This document shows, piece by piece, positions 1 through 11,819 of a DNA stretch of 51,383 nt (position 1 is its first letter; the number at the start of each line of letters is the position of its first letter). The notes under the pieces were generated by a model. The model was not told where the DNA came from. It did not search any database and saw only the letters and a list, made by a program, of their open reading frames with translations. The DNA is from Octopus bimaculoides (Eukaryota), in NCBI RefSeq assembly GCF_001194135.2, contig NC_068997.1, positions 43,648,366 through 43,699,748 of the forward strand. Reading direction: 5' to 3'. The translations under genes and the position numbers were made by a program.

Positions 1-362
1 GTATACCTGTGCCCAGCGTCGCCTTTCTGGCATTTGTGCCCGCGGCATGTGTAAGGACTTTCAAGCGAGATCGTTGCCAGTGCCCCTGGACTGGCTCTTG
101 TGCGGGTGGCACATAAAATACACCATTTTGAGTGTGGCCGTTGCCAGTACCGCCTGGCTGGCCTTTGTGCTGGTGGCACGTAAAAAGCACCCACTACACT
201 ATCTGAGTGGTTGGCGTTAGGAAGGGCATCTAGCTGTAGAAACTCTGCCAAATCAGATTGGAGCCTGGTGTAGCCATCTGGTTTCACCAGTCCTCAGTCA
301 AATCGTCCAGCCCATGCTAGTATGGAAAGCGGACGTTAAATGACGATGACGATGATGATGAT
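1..362 (+). mobile_element. SINE family C (RTE-like 3' tail ending in (GAT)n), cut by the window edge at its 5' end
   Basis: Ends in catgctagtatggaaagcggacgttaaa+(gat)n. Near-identical copies at 12530-12730 (+), 19275-19440 (+) and 33105-33590 (-). More diverged copies at 31820-32085, 40555-40785 and 42705-42950 (-). Confidence 0.8.
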
Positions 363-410
363 ATATACATACATATATCTGTATACACACGCACATATAT
401 ATCTGTATGC

Positions 411-448
<38 letters not shown>

Positions 449-1077
449 GATATATAAGGCCATGATATGATGAATATTGGCTGCTGATTGGATAGAAAAG
501 TGGAGAATGAGGATCCATGGACAAATTTTCACCATTAGATAAAATCCTATAAATTTCATGTCAATGAACCATAATTGATCTATTTATTTTCAATACGTTT
601 TGGCAGATTTCAACAAGAATATGTCATCACTGTTGCTCATTATCAGAAAACATAATCTCCCGTAAAGGAAGACTAGATTCACTTCTATAAGGGAACTTTG
701 AAATAACACAGTGTTTCCACCTCATTGTGCCTCACCTTATTGAAAGTGAACCCAGGTTAATGAACCTCACACTTGCACAAGCCAGACTCCATGAGTTGTA
801 AAATTTGACAATCGTTAATTTTCTCAGCATAAATATTTTTATTTGTTGTTTAATTTATGTCATACATTATGGAAAATGGAATAATTGTTGGTTACAAATT
901 TCCAGTAGACCAATCACTGGTTGACTGGATTTTTGGTGGTGAGAGCAACAAGGGAATGTTTAACACAACACAGAAAAAAATATTTCAAGGGCAGTCATTC
1001 ATAAAACACTGGCTTTTCTCAGATGTTTATATTGGAGAGAGATATACAGACAGACAAAGGTAGAAACAGACACACAC

Positions 1078-1134
<57 letters not shown>

Positions 1135-2257
1135 TATATATAAAACTATGAAAATGACAGCATAAAACAAAATAAAATACAATCAGAGAACTGGAAATGG
1201 ATGTCTTAACATTTTGGTTTTAAATACTTCATCAGAGCAACAGACAGCTATCATCCATCACTTCCACCCTGACAGTTGGAGTTGTTACACCATTGCAGTA
1301 GCACATTCTGTTACCATTGGATAACCACCTTGGATTACAAGGGATGCCGTGTTCCTATATGTATGTCTATATAATATGTATATGCCAGCTTTCTACATTT
1401 TCCACTTATAAGGCTTTGGTTAGCCTAAAGCAATGATAAAAGACACTTGTACAAGTTGTCATGCAACATGCAGAAGGAACAAACAGATGTGCTTCCACAA
1501 ATTCTTATGAACTTGCAATTTACTCCTGGCATTAAAAATATTTCCTCACTATGGCATACAGAATACCTATTTGGCTTGTGGCGCTTTGAGGTATTTCTTC
1601 CAGCTCTTTGCTTTTTTTAGTTCAAATCCTGCCATAGCCTACTTGGGTGCCTTCAGAGATGTCTATTCTGTTGTAAGGAGTTGGATCATGTTTCTTGTTT
1701 GAGAATATCTTTCCTCTCCATCCCACTCCCTTCCACCAATTTTGGAAACTCTGTAATGGGTCATAGGCATTGCCTTCTCCTGGCTAAAAAAATAAGAAGC
1801 ATGGGTGACAAGATGTGCACAGTAACAGGTGTGTATACAAGAACACAATGAAAATGATAAAAAGCTAATGATGATGATGATATATTTGGTTAGGGATCAT
1901 TACCTGCTCAGAGAAGAGGCATTCTTCACATCAAAGCTAACCTTTATACCCACCTCTCAGTATTTGAATGGAAGATATGTAAAGCATACAACGTTTCTAT
2001 TCATATACTCTTTTGCATTCAGTACTGATTAGTATCAGCTAGCAGGGTCACTCAGCCAGCCCTATCACTCCAACCAGCCCCTGGCCTTCAGACATCTATT
2101 GATTAATAGGGTGTTTCAGAGCTATTTTCACTCCACCCTTCATTCCATCTACCTCTCTTTCTCTCCCTCCCTCCCTCCTAATCCATATTTTTTGCTTTTA
2201 ACCTTTGCTACCTCTCCTTGGCAGATACTTTCTCCTTCAAAAGTCTGTGTGTCTGTG

Positions 2258-2292
<35 letters not shown>

Positions 2293-3252
2293 GAGGAGGG
2301 GAGGGGAGAAGGAGAGAGTTAAAAACATAAAATGAAGAAGAATATGAGGCAAGGAAACAAACAAAACAAATATAATGAGGTTAGTCAAGGAATATATACA
2401 TTTTTGTTTACAAACAAGAGAAGTACTCAATATAAGGTGTAGAGTTTATATCTATTGGGAATCAATCAAAAACTCACTTTATTACTACTTAGATTCATAT
2501 ATGCTTGTTTTAGCAACACATCATCATCATTCCTTTAATGGACATTTTTCCATTCAAACGAAAGCTATTGAGACCTCTTCATGTCACCAACCCTCAATTG
2601 TGTCCAAGCAAGGCAATATTTCCCCTCGTCCTTTGAACAATTAACAGCTCAATGGCTAGACATGTTTCAATAGCAGATTGTTGTATAGATGGTAACAATG
2701 TTTTTACACATTGAGTACCAGAATGCCTTATTATTATTACTACTAGCTGGACCCATGAAAAATTCATGGCAAACATAAAAAATGTAAGCATCTGTAAACA
2801 GTGTACTGGTGCCATGAGAAATGTTGGTATATTATGATTGTCTGTCTTTATGTTCTGAGTTCAAATTCTGCTAAGGTTGACTTTGCCTTTTGTCCTTTCG
2901 GAGTCGATAAATTAAGCACCAGTTGTGTACTGGATTGATCTAATCAACTGGCTCCCCCCCCACAAAAATTTTAGGCCTAGAAAAGTATATTGACAGTTAC
3001 AGAATATAAAAAAGTAATGTAACACCAATAACTATATAATCCAACCAAAATATCTCATTCACACAAGCGTAAACAGAATTACTATTTAACCTTAAAATAC
3101 ATCGTACATATTCAAAGAACCTTAATGTACACATTGAAATGCAAAAGAACGAAATAATGAATGGATTTATGAATGTAAGTTTGGTAATTGTGTTTATATC
3201 CACCATGCAACACTTATAACTAACCTAAACTAAACACACACACACAAATACA

Positions 3253-3294
<42 letters not shown>

Positions 3295-3296
<2 letters not shown>

Positions 3297-3420
3297 TCGA
3301 GTTGTAGCTGTAATTCAAAGGGGCCAGCCTTGTCATATTCAGTGTGAAGCTGAATCTCCCTGAGAACTATGTTAATGTTAGGTATGTCTGTGGAGTACTC
3401 AGCCATTTGTGAGTTAATTT
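3295..3420 (-). mobile_element. Dispersed repeat (SINE internal domain, family E)
   Basis: Reverse complement matches 22735-22860 (gtggctgagcactccacag...ctcagggagactcagc...ctttgaaatacaggtacaactc). Confidence 0.6.
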
Positions 3421-4424
3421 TATCCTCATGTGGTAATGAAAATTGAAATTGACATTCAATATTTGCTGTGTCTATGTATGAACTTTTTTTTTGATTTATG
3501 TATCTTCTTTCTCTATCACTTTCTCTTTTTCTCTTTCACTTCCTTTGTGTCTCTCTTCTCACCCACTTTTGATTTAACAATGTATATTGTATCTATGTAT
3601 GTGATAAACATTTAAAAACAAAACAAACGCCATCACCACTCACTGTCTCTTTCACTCTCTCTCTTTCTTTCTTACTTTCTCTCTGAAAGATTTAAAAACA
3701 TAAAGCGAATGCTGTCACCACTCACTGTCTCTTTCACTCTCTAGTGTAGAAAACACTTGCTCAAGGAGAAGTGCAACAGGAGTGAACCTGAAACAACATG
3801 GTTGGAAAGCAAACATCTTATCTACACAGCCATGAATAAGTTTCTTGCAAGCTCTGTCAACCAATTCCATTCTCAAGGTGCTAGTCAACCTGAGTCTTCA
3901 ACACTTTTGAGACACACGGTATTTTGGTACTTCTAGCCAAAACGACCAAAATTTTTGTTCTGCTGAGACAGAAATTGACGGTTGCATGCAGAAAACAAAG
4001 GATAAAGTGCCTAAAACTACCTTATTAGTATGTAAAACTATATATATATTATGAAAGCTTATTTATAAACAGTACAATACATCTATCACAATATGAAAAC
4101 TTAAAACAACACAATACATGTAAATAAATAAAACAATAAGCATAAATGTTTCTGTGAAAAACAAAAAAAAAAATGTACTGAAAGATGATCTCTGATTGGT
4201 TATTACACTTCAAAACCCAAGAGGGTTGATAAAAAGCAACTGCCCACAGTGCCACGCAGAAGGACAGTACACACACTCATACAGTTGTGACACTTGACAA
4301 TGCCTGAGCCTATGTTTTTGCCGTGCCTATGCAATGCCTACACACATCCAGACCTATATATATATATATATNNNNNNNNNNNNNNNNNNNNNNNNNNNNN
4401 NNNNNNNNNNNNNNNNNNNNNNNN

Positions 4425-4470
<46 letters not shown>

Positions 4471-4654
4471 AAGGACAAGAAGTAGGGTTATATATTGAAT
4501 ATGCAAACATTTATATGCATAACCAGTATGTAACTTATTAACAATTCTCCAATATGCCAATAGGCTTTGTTGTGCACATCTGTATATCCATATAAGCATA
4601 CTTATTGTAATAATATATATTATGTAGAGTTTGTTGCTATTAAGATATAAATAA

Positions 4655-4800
4655 AGCCTGATCTAGCAGTTCTGTGATCAAAGGTATTCCAAACATGACC
4701 ATCCCACTTTTTTAAGTGTTTGTAAAATTACATTATTCAATGCTTTCTTTCCTTCTTTAAAATGATAGGGTGTGATTTGCTTTTTTTTAGCAAGTAGAGC
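4655..4800 (+). mobile_element. Dispersed repeat family D (other copies carry gagggagatttggctgctatttctagc or its complement)
   Basis: Related segments recur at about 12300-12460, 16180-17100, 21700-21870, 29530-29760, 34100-34270, 38070-38260, 39420-39570, 42280-42560, 43890-43980 and 49740-49910 on both strands. Confidence 0.6.
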
Positions 4801-5032
4801 TGCCACATTCACTGGTAAAAGTTTTAAGTGAGTGAGGTAGAGGACTACCAGCCTGTAGATTGTATGTTCAAGTCCAGAACCTGTATTTTGTTTTGTCCTT
4901 GAGATGGATGCAATTCTGTAATTTAGTAGTAGTTCTGTTCCATGTCAATCATTGCCAAACAGATGTATGAACAAAGATACTCCAACTGTAACCATGCCAC
5001 ATTTTTTTTTTATATATATATCAAGAACTATC

Positions 5033-5480
5033 TTCATTATTTACATTTGACAGATATTTGTCCTCATCTTGTTTGTCGTTAACACAACATTTCAGCTGAT
5101 ATACCCTCCAGCCTTCAACAGCTATCTTGGGGAAATTTCGAACCTGGATTCTCATTCCTACGGTATTTTTCGATGTTATTATTATTATTCAGGTCACTGC
5201 CTGGAATCAAACTCTGAATCTTGGGGTTAGTTGCCCACGCTCTTAACCACTACGCCATATGCCCATGGGCAATTATGGACTGAATATTAGGGCTTATAAA
5301 TCTAATATTTTTCTATCCTTCTTCAATACTGGTTCCCATTTGCTACTCATATCTGCGCTCGGTCTGCTTAGGAGGTTGTTTTATGTCCTAGCATATGTGC
5401 TGCTTCTTTTAGTTTCCGTATTTTCCATTGGTGTTCTCTGTCTGTTATTTCCCAGGCCACCGTAAACTTTTACCAACAGA
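5033..5480 (-). mobile_element. Penelope-like element 3' fragment: GIY-YIG C-terminus, tRNA-like A/B boxes and hammerhead-like terminal motif
   Basis: The minus frame from 5460 reads VAWEITDREHQWKIRKLKEAAHMLGH/NNLLSRPSADMSSKWEPVLKKDRKILDL* (one frameshift), like PLE endonuclease ends. It is followed by A box TGGCGTAGTGG (5257-5247), B box GTTTGATTCC (5212-5203) and CTGTTGA-A-GGCTG..CAGCT-GAAA-TGTT (5121-5087). Confidence 0.7.
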
Positions 5481-5494
5481 AATCTTAAGTAACT

Positions 5495-6765
5495 TGTATC
5501 TTTTACTTATTTCAGTCATTGGACTGTGACCTTCCTGGGTACTACCTTGAAGGGGTATAGCTGAACAAAATCGAACCCAGTACTTTTTTTTTAAAAATAA
5601 AAGTCTGGTACTTATCTTATTGGTCTCTTTTGACAAACCACTGAATTACAAGGATGTAAACAAACCAGCACTAGTTGTCAAGTGATGGTTGGGGACAAAA
5701 CACAAAGACATATACGCCAAATGTATTAGTATATGGGATGCGATGGGTAAATTATAGCCATTTTATATTTTTAATTTCACACTTGTGCATTGTTTGTTTT
5801 TTGATTTTGTTGACTATACAGTATAGTAGGGTCAGTTGGGCACCATCTGAAAGGAAAACAACATCATGACAATTCAGTCAGCCAGAAATTTGGAAAGAAC
5901 ATGCTGTACTGCTTGGCATTCATGCTGGAAGCTCCTGTACAAACATTTCAGAGTGTTTGGGTATTAATCTGAGGACATGTTCCAAGAAGGATAAAAATCA
6001 AACATACAGTCAATATCATGGTGTTTGGATTGATCATTAGTGATGGTGACATTATGCCTCCATTCATCTTCCCAGATGGCTTCACGCTCAACACAGTGGC
6101 CTACATCAAGTGCTTGGAAGAGGTAATGCTGCTCTGAGTCAAGAGAGTGGCTACTGGAAGACCCTATGTCTGGCAACAGGACTCTGCCCCATGCCACTCA
6201 AGCAGGAAAACCCAGTCATGGCTGTCAGGCAATTTCTGCAATCACATCACCCTAACATCTGGTCACCTAACTCTCCAGACTGCAATCCCCTTAATTATTA
6301 TGTGTGGAGTGCAGTTGAGTGAGAGGCCAACAAAACTCTGTAACACCAAAGATCAACTGAAGGAAAGGATTATGGCAGCATTCACCAACTTAAACAAGGA
6401 GACCGTCCAGAAGAGGTGCAGGAGGTTCCGAAGTCGTCTGGAGACCGTGGTTGAAGTCAATGGTGATTTTATTGAATAAATTTATTCTTTAGTATTTCAA
6501 GATACTTTTATGTAATTTTGGTAAATATATCTGTTAAAATGAGATCTCAGAGATATTTTCATTTTTGCATAATTTAGACAACAGTTTATTCACCGCACCC
6601 TGTATATACAACAACTTTCAGTTTTCATACACCAAATCCACTCACAAGACTTTGATCAGCTCATGGCTATCGTAAAAGACATTTGCCCAAAGTGCTATGC
6701 AGTAGGACTGAACTCAAAACCATGTGGTTGGAATGCAAACTTCTTACACACAATCATGTCTTCCC
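5495..6765 (-). mobile_element. SINE family A (tRNA-like head, ttgggcaagtgtcttctactatagcc core, internal microsatellite), split by a transposon insertion
   Basis: The 3' half lies at 5495-5720 and the 5' half at 6605-6765. Their order and orientation match uninterrupted copies at 9443-9815 (-) and 23637-24090 (+). Confidence 0.7.
5960..6604 (+). mobile_element. Tc1/mariner transposon relic, maT (DD37D) type, 5'-truncated and inactive
   Basis: Reads VMVFG..MPPFIF..WQQDSAPCH..WSPNSPDCNPLNYYVW..RLETVVEVNGDFIE*. After repairing a 1-nt frameshift there are 37 residues between the QQD Asp and the third catalytic position (now Asn). Contains internal stops. The right end is caccctg+TA at 6596-6604. 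Confidence 0.9.
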
Positions 6766-7403
6766 CTAAAATAAAATAACCAGTGTTTTCAAACAAAATG
6801 CCCTCAGGACATTTGTGCAATCCCAAGTCACTTGTCACATTGTAAATTCAATAAACCAATAATTGTGCCATTAGAAACCTGTAACCAACAATGCTATTGT
6901 TCGTAATATGTGTTATAAAATAAATAATATTTAACAGAGTGACTAAAATGCCTCACAGTATTATTATTTTGTTATGTTCTTTTATGTTGTAAAGTTCAGA
7001 TTTCACTGATTCGACTTAACTGGTAATTTATTAATTCCTCTGTGGCTGATAAAAAATAAGTAGTAGTAAAGTACTGGATTTGATTCAATCAACTACACAT
7101 CCTGCCCGTAAAAGTGTGTAGCTTTATTGCCAAAGTTAGAAATTTAATATCATTAGAAATATGATTGTACTGTTACAAATGTAATTATAAATTTGACTGG
7201 ATAATATAGAGACATAGCAGGTGATTGGTTGTCTGAATCCTCTACAAGTGTTTCATTGGTTCATTTCATGCAAGATAAACAGCTGCAGATAATGTATCTA
7301 TTACACACACAGATGTAGAAAAAAATAAATTTACAATGCAGTTAGTTTATCATAGTGAAAAATGCAAGGTTGTGAACACCTGTCCTTCAGAAAAGCTATA
7401 GAG

Positions 7404-7720
7404 CAGTAGTTCTCAATCGAGATCCATATAAGCTTTTTGGGGCAGTCCACACATGCAAAATAGTAAATTGGGAATTCACAGTTGTATATTAAGGGCCCAT
7501 GCAAAAATGGTACTTTGGATATGTTTATTGCAAGAAACAACAAGAATTCTTTTTCTGGTGTTTTATATAGTTCAACCTACACAAGTGAATAAGAAAATAG
7601 GAATTTTGTAAGAAGCATCTATAAAACTAGTTTTTAAACGTCAAATGGCAATGGGACTCCACCAGAATAGAAGAGTAATCAAAGCAGTCCATAGATAAAA
7701 AAAATGGTTGAGAACCACTG
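7404..7720. mobile_element. hAT (Charlie-like) MITE
   Basis: TIRs CAGTAGTTCTCAA / TTGAGAACCACTG, with 8-bp flanks ctatagag / atatagac. Confidence 0.85.
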
Positions 7721-8999
7721 ATATAGACATTAATCACAAAATTGCAGCTGAACACAGACCACTAGTAGTTTTTTTGAATTCCAAACCTTACCTTATTACA
7801 CAAAAATTAGCCTACCATAGTCAAGTATTTATATTTGATTTGGACTCAGAACTAATAGAAAAGCCACCACAAAGCATTTTGTTGGATGTTCTAATGAACC
7901 TGCAGGTTCACCAACTTCTTCTAACGTAGGCATAGGGTCTTAAATTTAGAAGGGTTACTTGATTAAACTGACTCGGTTCTTGACTGGTACTTTATTTTCA
8001 TCAACCCCCAAAAGGATGAAAGGCAAAGCTAAGAAAAAATTAAAGTATGGTGAAATGAAATCCACTGCCCCGACCACCACCATCCTCATGACTACAAAAA
8101 GAAATCTACCACACCATCATCACCACTACCTTTACCACTTTACACAACTATCTAAAAAAAAAAAAACATGTCAGGAAGCTGGTAGATGATGTTAAAAAGT
8201 CTGACTGAATATTACTAGTTAGCTGATCTGTAACTGGTGAAATGGTGGTGGAGGTGAGGGGGAGTGGGGTTAAGAGCTACACTGTAGACATGTATACATG
8301 CATGAATACTCATTACATATGTACAGACGGTAACACATTCCTTATGCAATGATCATCAGAGATTATTTGTATCTGATATAGGAAAGAAAAAAAACCCACA
8401 AGAATATTTCTTTTCACTAGAGACACTAGAGACGATTTGGAGGGAGGCACAGTGGAAGTTGATGGTTAAGGGGTAAGATATGGTGTGCATTTAAAATGAG
8501 TTGGTATATTTCTAGTACTTATTGTTATTATCTTATCCTTGGAGGATGGAGAAAGACAATGATGGCTCTAATGGGATTTGAGTTCAGAACAGTGGGATTT
8601 TGTCATCTGGCATGCTACCAACACTATTATTCACTGTTTCTATATATGTAACAACAACAACAACAACAACAACAATGAAGAAGTGAGACAGTTATAAAGA
8701 CATACAATGGTGGCGGAGTTATAACAGAAAATAGATTGAATAAAAAAAGGCAATGAAATATAAGTAGATATGGCATACTAATAACGATTTCAAATTTTGG
8801 CACTAGGCCAGCAGTTCCATGGTGGAGGGGATAAGTTGATTGCATTGACCCTGAAGGGATGAAAGGCAAAGTAGACTTTAATGGAATTTGAACTCAGAAT
8901 GTGAAGACAGGCAAAATGCTGCTAAGCATTTTTCCTGGTATGCTAATGATTCTGCCAGTTTGCCTCCTTATATGGTATTCTAATAATAACTGATGATGT

Positions 9000-9400
9000 T
9001 GTAGTGCTCATGATGCAGAGAACCTCCATGTAGTGGGGTCTGTGCAATGAATGAACCCCACAGATGCATACAATCACCTTCAACACGAAGGGCAAAGAGT
9101 TTTCTTCAATTGTTATTTTCTGACCTTCAAGCGTTATACTTAGAACTGTTTCATCCACTGCTGCCACTTTTTGCAACATTCAACTAGATTTTCAATAAAT
9201 TTACTTGAGGACAGCACCTCCCCCTCCACCCTCACTTTCTTTTCCAGTGGAACCTGAAAAAGTTAATCTGAGCTTGGCCAAAGAGCAAAAGATCAATCTT
9301 CAGACCTTTCAATCTCAACTGTCTCACAACTTCTTTTTGAAGAGCTATCAGACAGGGTAAACAACCTTCCCTGCCTGGTTAAAGGAGAATGATTGGGCAA
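9000..9400 (-). mobile_element. Decayed RTE-clade LINE reverse-transcriptase fragment
   Basis: Broken minus frames loosely resemble the RTE RT motifs ..LFNL..IRDLLFADD.. and ..TLYRRH... Heavily degenerate. Confidence 0.35.
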
Positions 9401-9442
9401 TCATTATGATGGATTTGGCCAATAGCCAGATCCAGAATATCT

Positions 9443-9815
9443 TTTATCTTTTACTTGTGTCAGTCTATGGCCATACTGGGCACTGCCTTGAACAGTTTTT
9501 TGTTGAATGGATCAACCTTAATACTTTTATTTTTTTAAACCAGGTACTTATTCTATCAGTCTCTGTTGCCAAACTGCTAAGTTAGGGGGATGTAAGCATA
9601 CCAATACCAGTTGTCAAGCAGTATTTGGGGACAAACACACACATATATATACAACAGGCTTCTTTCAGGTTCCGTCTGTCAAATCCACTCACAAGGCTTT
9701 AGTCAGCCCGAAGCTATAGTAGAAGACATTTGTACAAGGTGACCTGTAGTGGGACTGAATCTGGAACCATGTGGTGAAGAAGCAAGCTTCTTACCACACA
9801 GCCACGTCTGTACCC
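9443..9815 (-). mobile_element. SINE family A copy
   Basis: Full head-core-microsatellite-tail layout. Other copies at 17729-18099, 18797-19735, 20375-20760 (-), 23637-24090 and 28970-29350 (-). Partial copies at 22360-22500, 33595-33760, 43150-43300 (-) and 48280-48425 (-). Confidence 0.85.
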
Positions 9816-10509
9816 ACAGTAATAATTCTAAAATCTATTGCCAAACATCTTGGAATCATGAAGATTGCATATCCATAGGGAGAGGATGGAAACTGGCATT
9901 AGTATTCTGAAGAGATAAGTGGATGTAACCATATCACTTTGACAGAATGTCAGTCGGCCAGAGGTAAATTTTCCCACAATGATTTCAAATATAGGGAATG
10001 ATGATGATGATTTCTGACATAGGCACAAGATTTCAAATTTTTAGGGGTTGGAGGGAGCAGTTGATGATGTCTACATTCAGACATATACTTTACATATACA
10101 GTATATAAAGAAAAAGAAAATACACTTACACACACAAAATCCACACATGCACAAATGTATAAACGTTTACACAGACAAATGCTCAACATTTATTTATTTA
10201 TTGTTCAGTAACATAGATACAATTATAACTCAGACAACATTTGTGAACTTTCTGTTTATCTATTTGTGTGAGTGTGAGTGCATGCATGTGTGCGTGTGTA
10301 TGTGTCTGTCTGACTGGCTATCTGTTTATCAAACTTTAAATAAACAGTAACTAAATATGACAAGACATTTAGTCTACTTCTCCACTGATCCAAACCTAAA
10401 GATAATAATGATTTTTAACATAAGCAAATGATTTCTAATATAGATACAAGGCCTTAAATTTAAGGAGGTAGAGAAGAAAAAGACAAATTTCATTGGCTAT
10501 ATTTCCTCC

Positions 10510-10541
<32 letters not shown>

Positions 10542-11092
10542 TATGATACTCTAAACCAATAATTTCATCAGGTTGAGCACTTATTTTTTAAATTGTACTA
10601 GGGGTGAGATTGCATAGTTGTAGAGAAGCAGGGACATATATTTCATTATAATTCTTTCTAATTTTGGTACAAACTTGGTAATATTTTAAGGTGTTGGTGA
10701 TAGTTGATTACATCAACACCAAACCCCTGTTCAACTGGTACTGATTTTATCAACCCCAAAAGGCTGAAAGACAGAGATGACCTTCGTGGAATTTGAACTT
10801 AGAGCATAAAAGCTTGAAAAAAATGCTACTAAGCATTTTGTTTAGGGTGCTAATGACTCTTGCCAGCTCATTGCTTTTATTTTGTAAATTATTTAAATAA
10901 TTTATTTATAAAATATATAATTTATCTTATATAGATATTTTATATAGTAATGAAGGCAGTTTTGCACACTACAGGGCCAAGGACATGCTCAACCAAATTG
11001 AAGTACTCCTCAAATTGACGATTTTATCATGCTACAATGACCTCTGCTCTTTTGAACTAAGTTAAATACCACCTCAAGCAAGGCCTGCATCC

Positions 11093-11572
11093 AAATTTCT
11101 CAACCAGGGTCCATATTGTCATTGGGAGTCCATTTCAGATTTTGTAGTTAAAATTTATGCACAATAAATTGGTTATACTTCTACAATACACAAAATGTTT
11201 TAATGATTTTTTTTTTTTACTCAATTCATAATATCTAATTATAAAAATATAATAGGATTTATTTAACCCTTTTGATACCAACCGGCTGAAATCACCTCTG
11301 GCTCTGTAGTACAAAAATGTCTCGTTTTTAAAAGTTCTGAATTAAAATCTTCCACTAAACCTTACTTACAATTTATGTTCCCAACACTAGCTTAGCGATA
11401 ACGAAGTTATTTTATTAAATTCTTTGTTACAATTTAAAATTATTTGAAGAAAACACTCAGAAATCTCAATAGAAATATGGTAACAAAAGGGTTAATGGCT
11501 ACACGGGTTCATCTGAGTAAAATAAGAATCAAAAGGGTCCATGACTAAAAAATGGTTGGGAACCACTAACCT
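11093..11572. mobile_element. hAT MITE (same family as 7404-7720) containing a nested piggyBac MITE
   Basis: Left end ..tttctcaaccagggtccat.. and right end aaaaaatggttgggaaccact match the other copies. Confidence 0.6.
11267..11491. mobile_element. piggyBac-type MITE family 1
   Basis: TTAA on both sides. TIRs CCCTTTTGATACCA / TGGTAACAAAAGGG (13/14 match). A close copy lies at 31298-31518. Confidence 0.9.
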
Positions 11573-11807
11573 ACATTATACATGTCTCTCCTCCTCTTGT
11601 CACCTTTACTGTGTCTCACTATTTCCCAGGCCTCACACTAATCTCCATTCTCAATTCAGTCTCTCCAGACAATCTGATCTCAGGAATTCCATTATTGACA
11701 ACGTTTTTTCCTGCAGATGTTGATTCTCAGATGTTCAAAGGAACATCAACCATATGAATTTCAATTTTTGGAGGGACTGCAAATGTCAATGATACACTGC
11801 TGCTTAC

Positions 11808-11819
11808 CTCTTGGTTCAG
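11808..11819 (-). other. Candidate 12-nt microexon CTGAACCAAGAG (unverified)
   Basis: Acceptor tgtatttattttgttcacag| and donor GAG|gtaagc. No host gene identified. Confidence 0.2.

Noticed and set aside
5195-5270. tRNA gene
   Set aside because: A and B boxes are present, but no complete cloverleaf or acceptor stem. It is a tRNA-derived repeat head, like the SINE A and B heads.
7224-7259. Pair of reverse CCAAT boxes 31 bp apart
   Set aside because: Poor flanking match to the NF-Y consensus and no good TATA box or splice donor, unlike 50011-50115.
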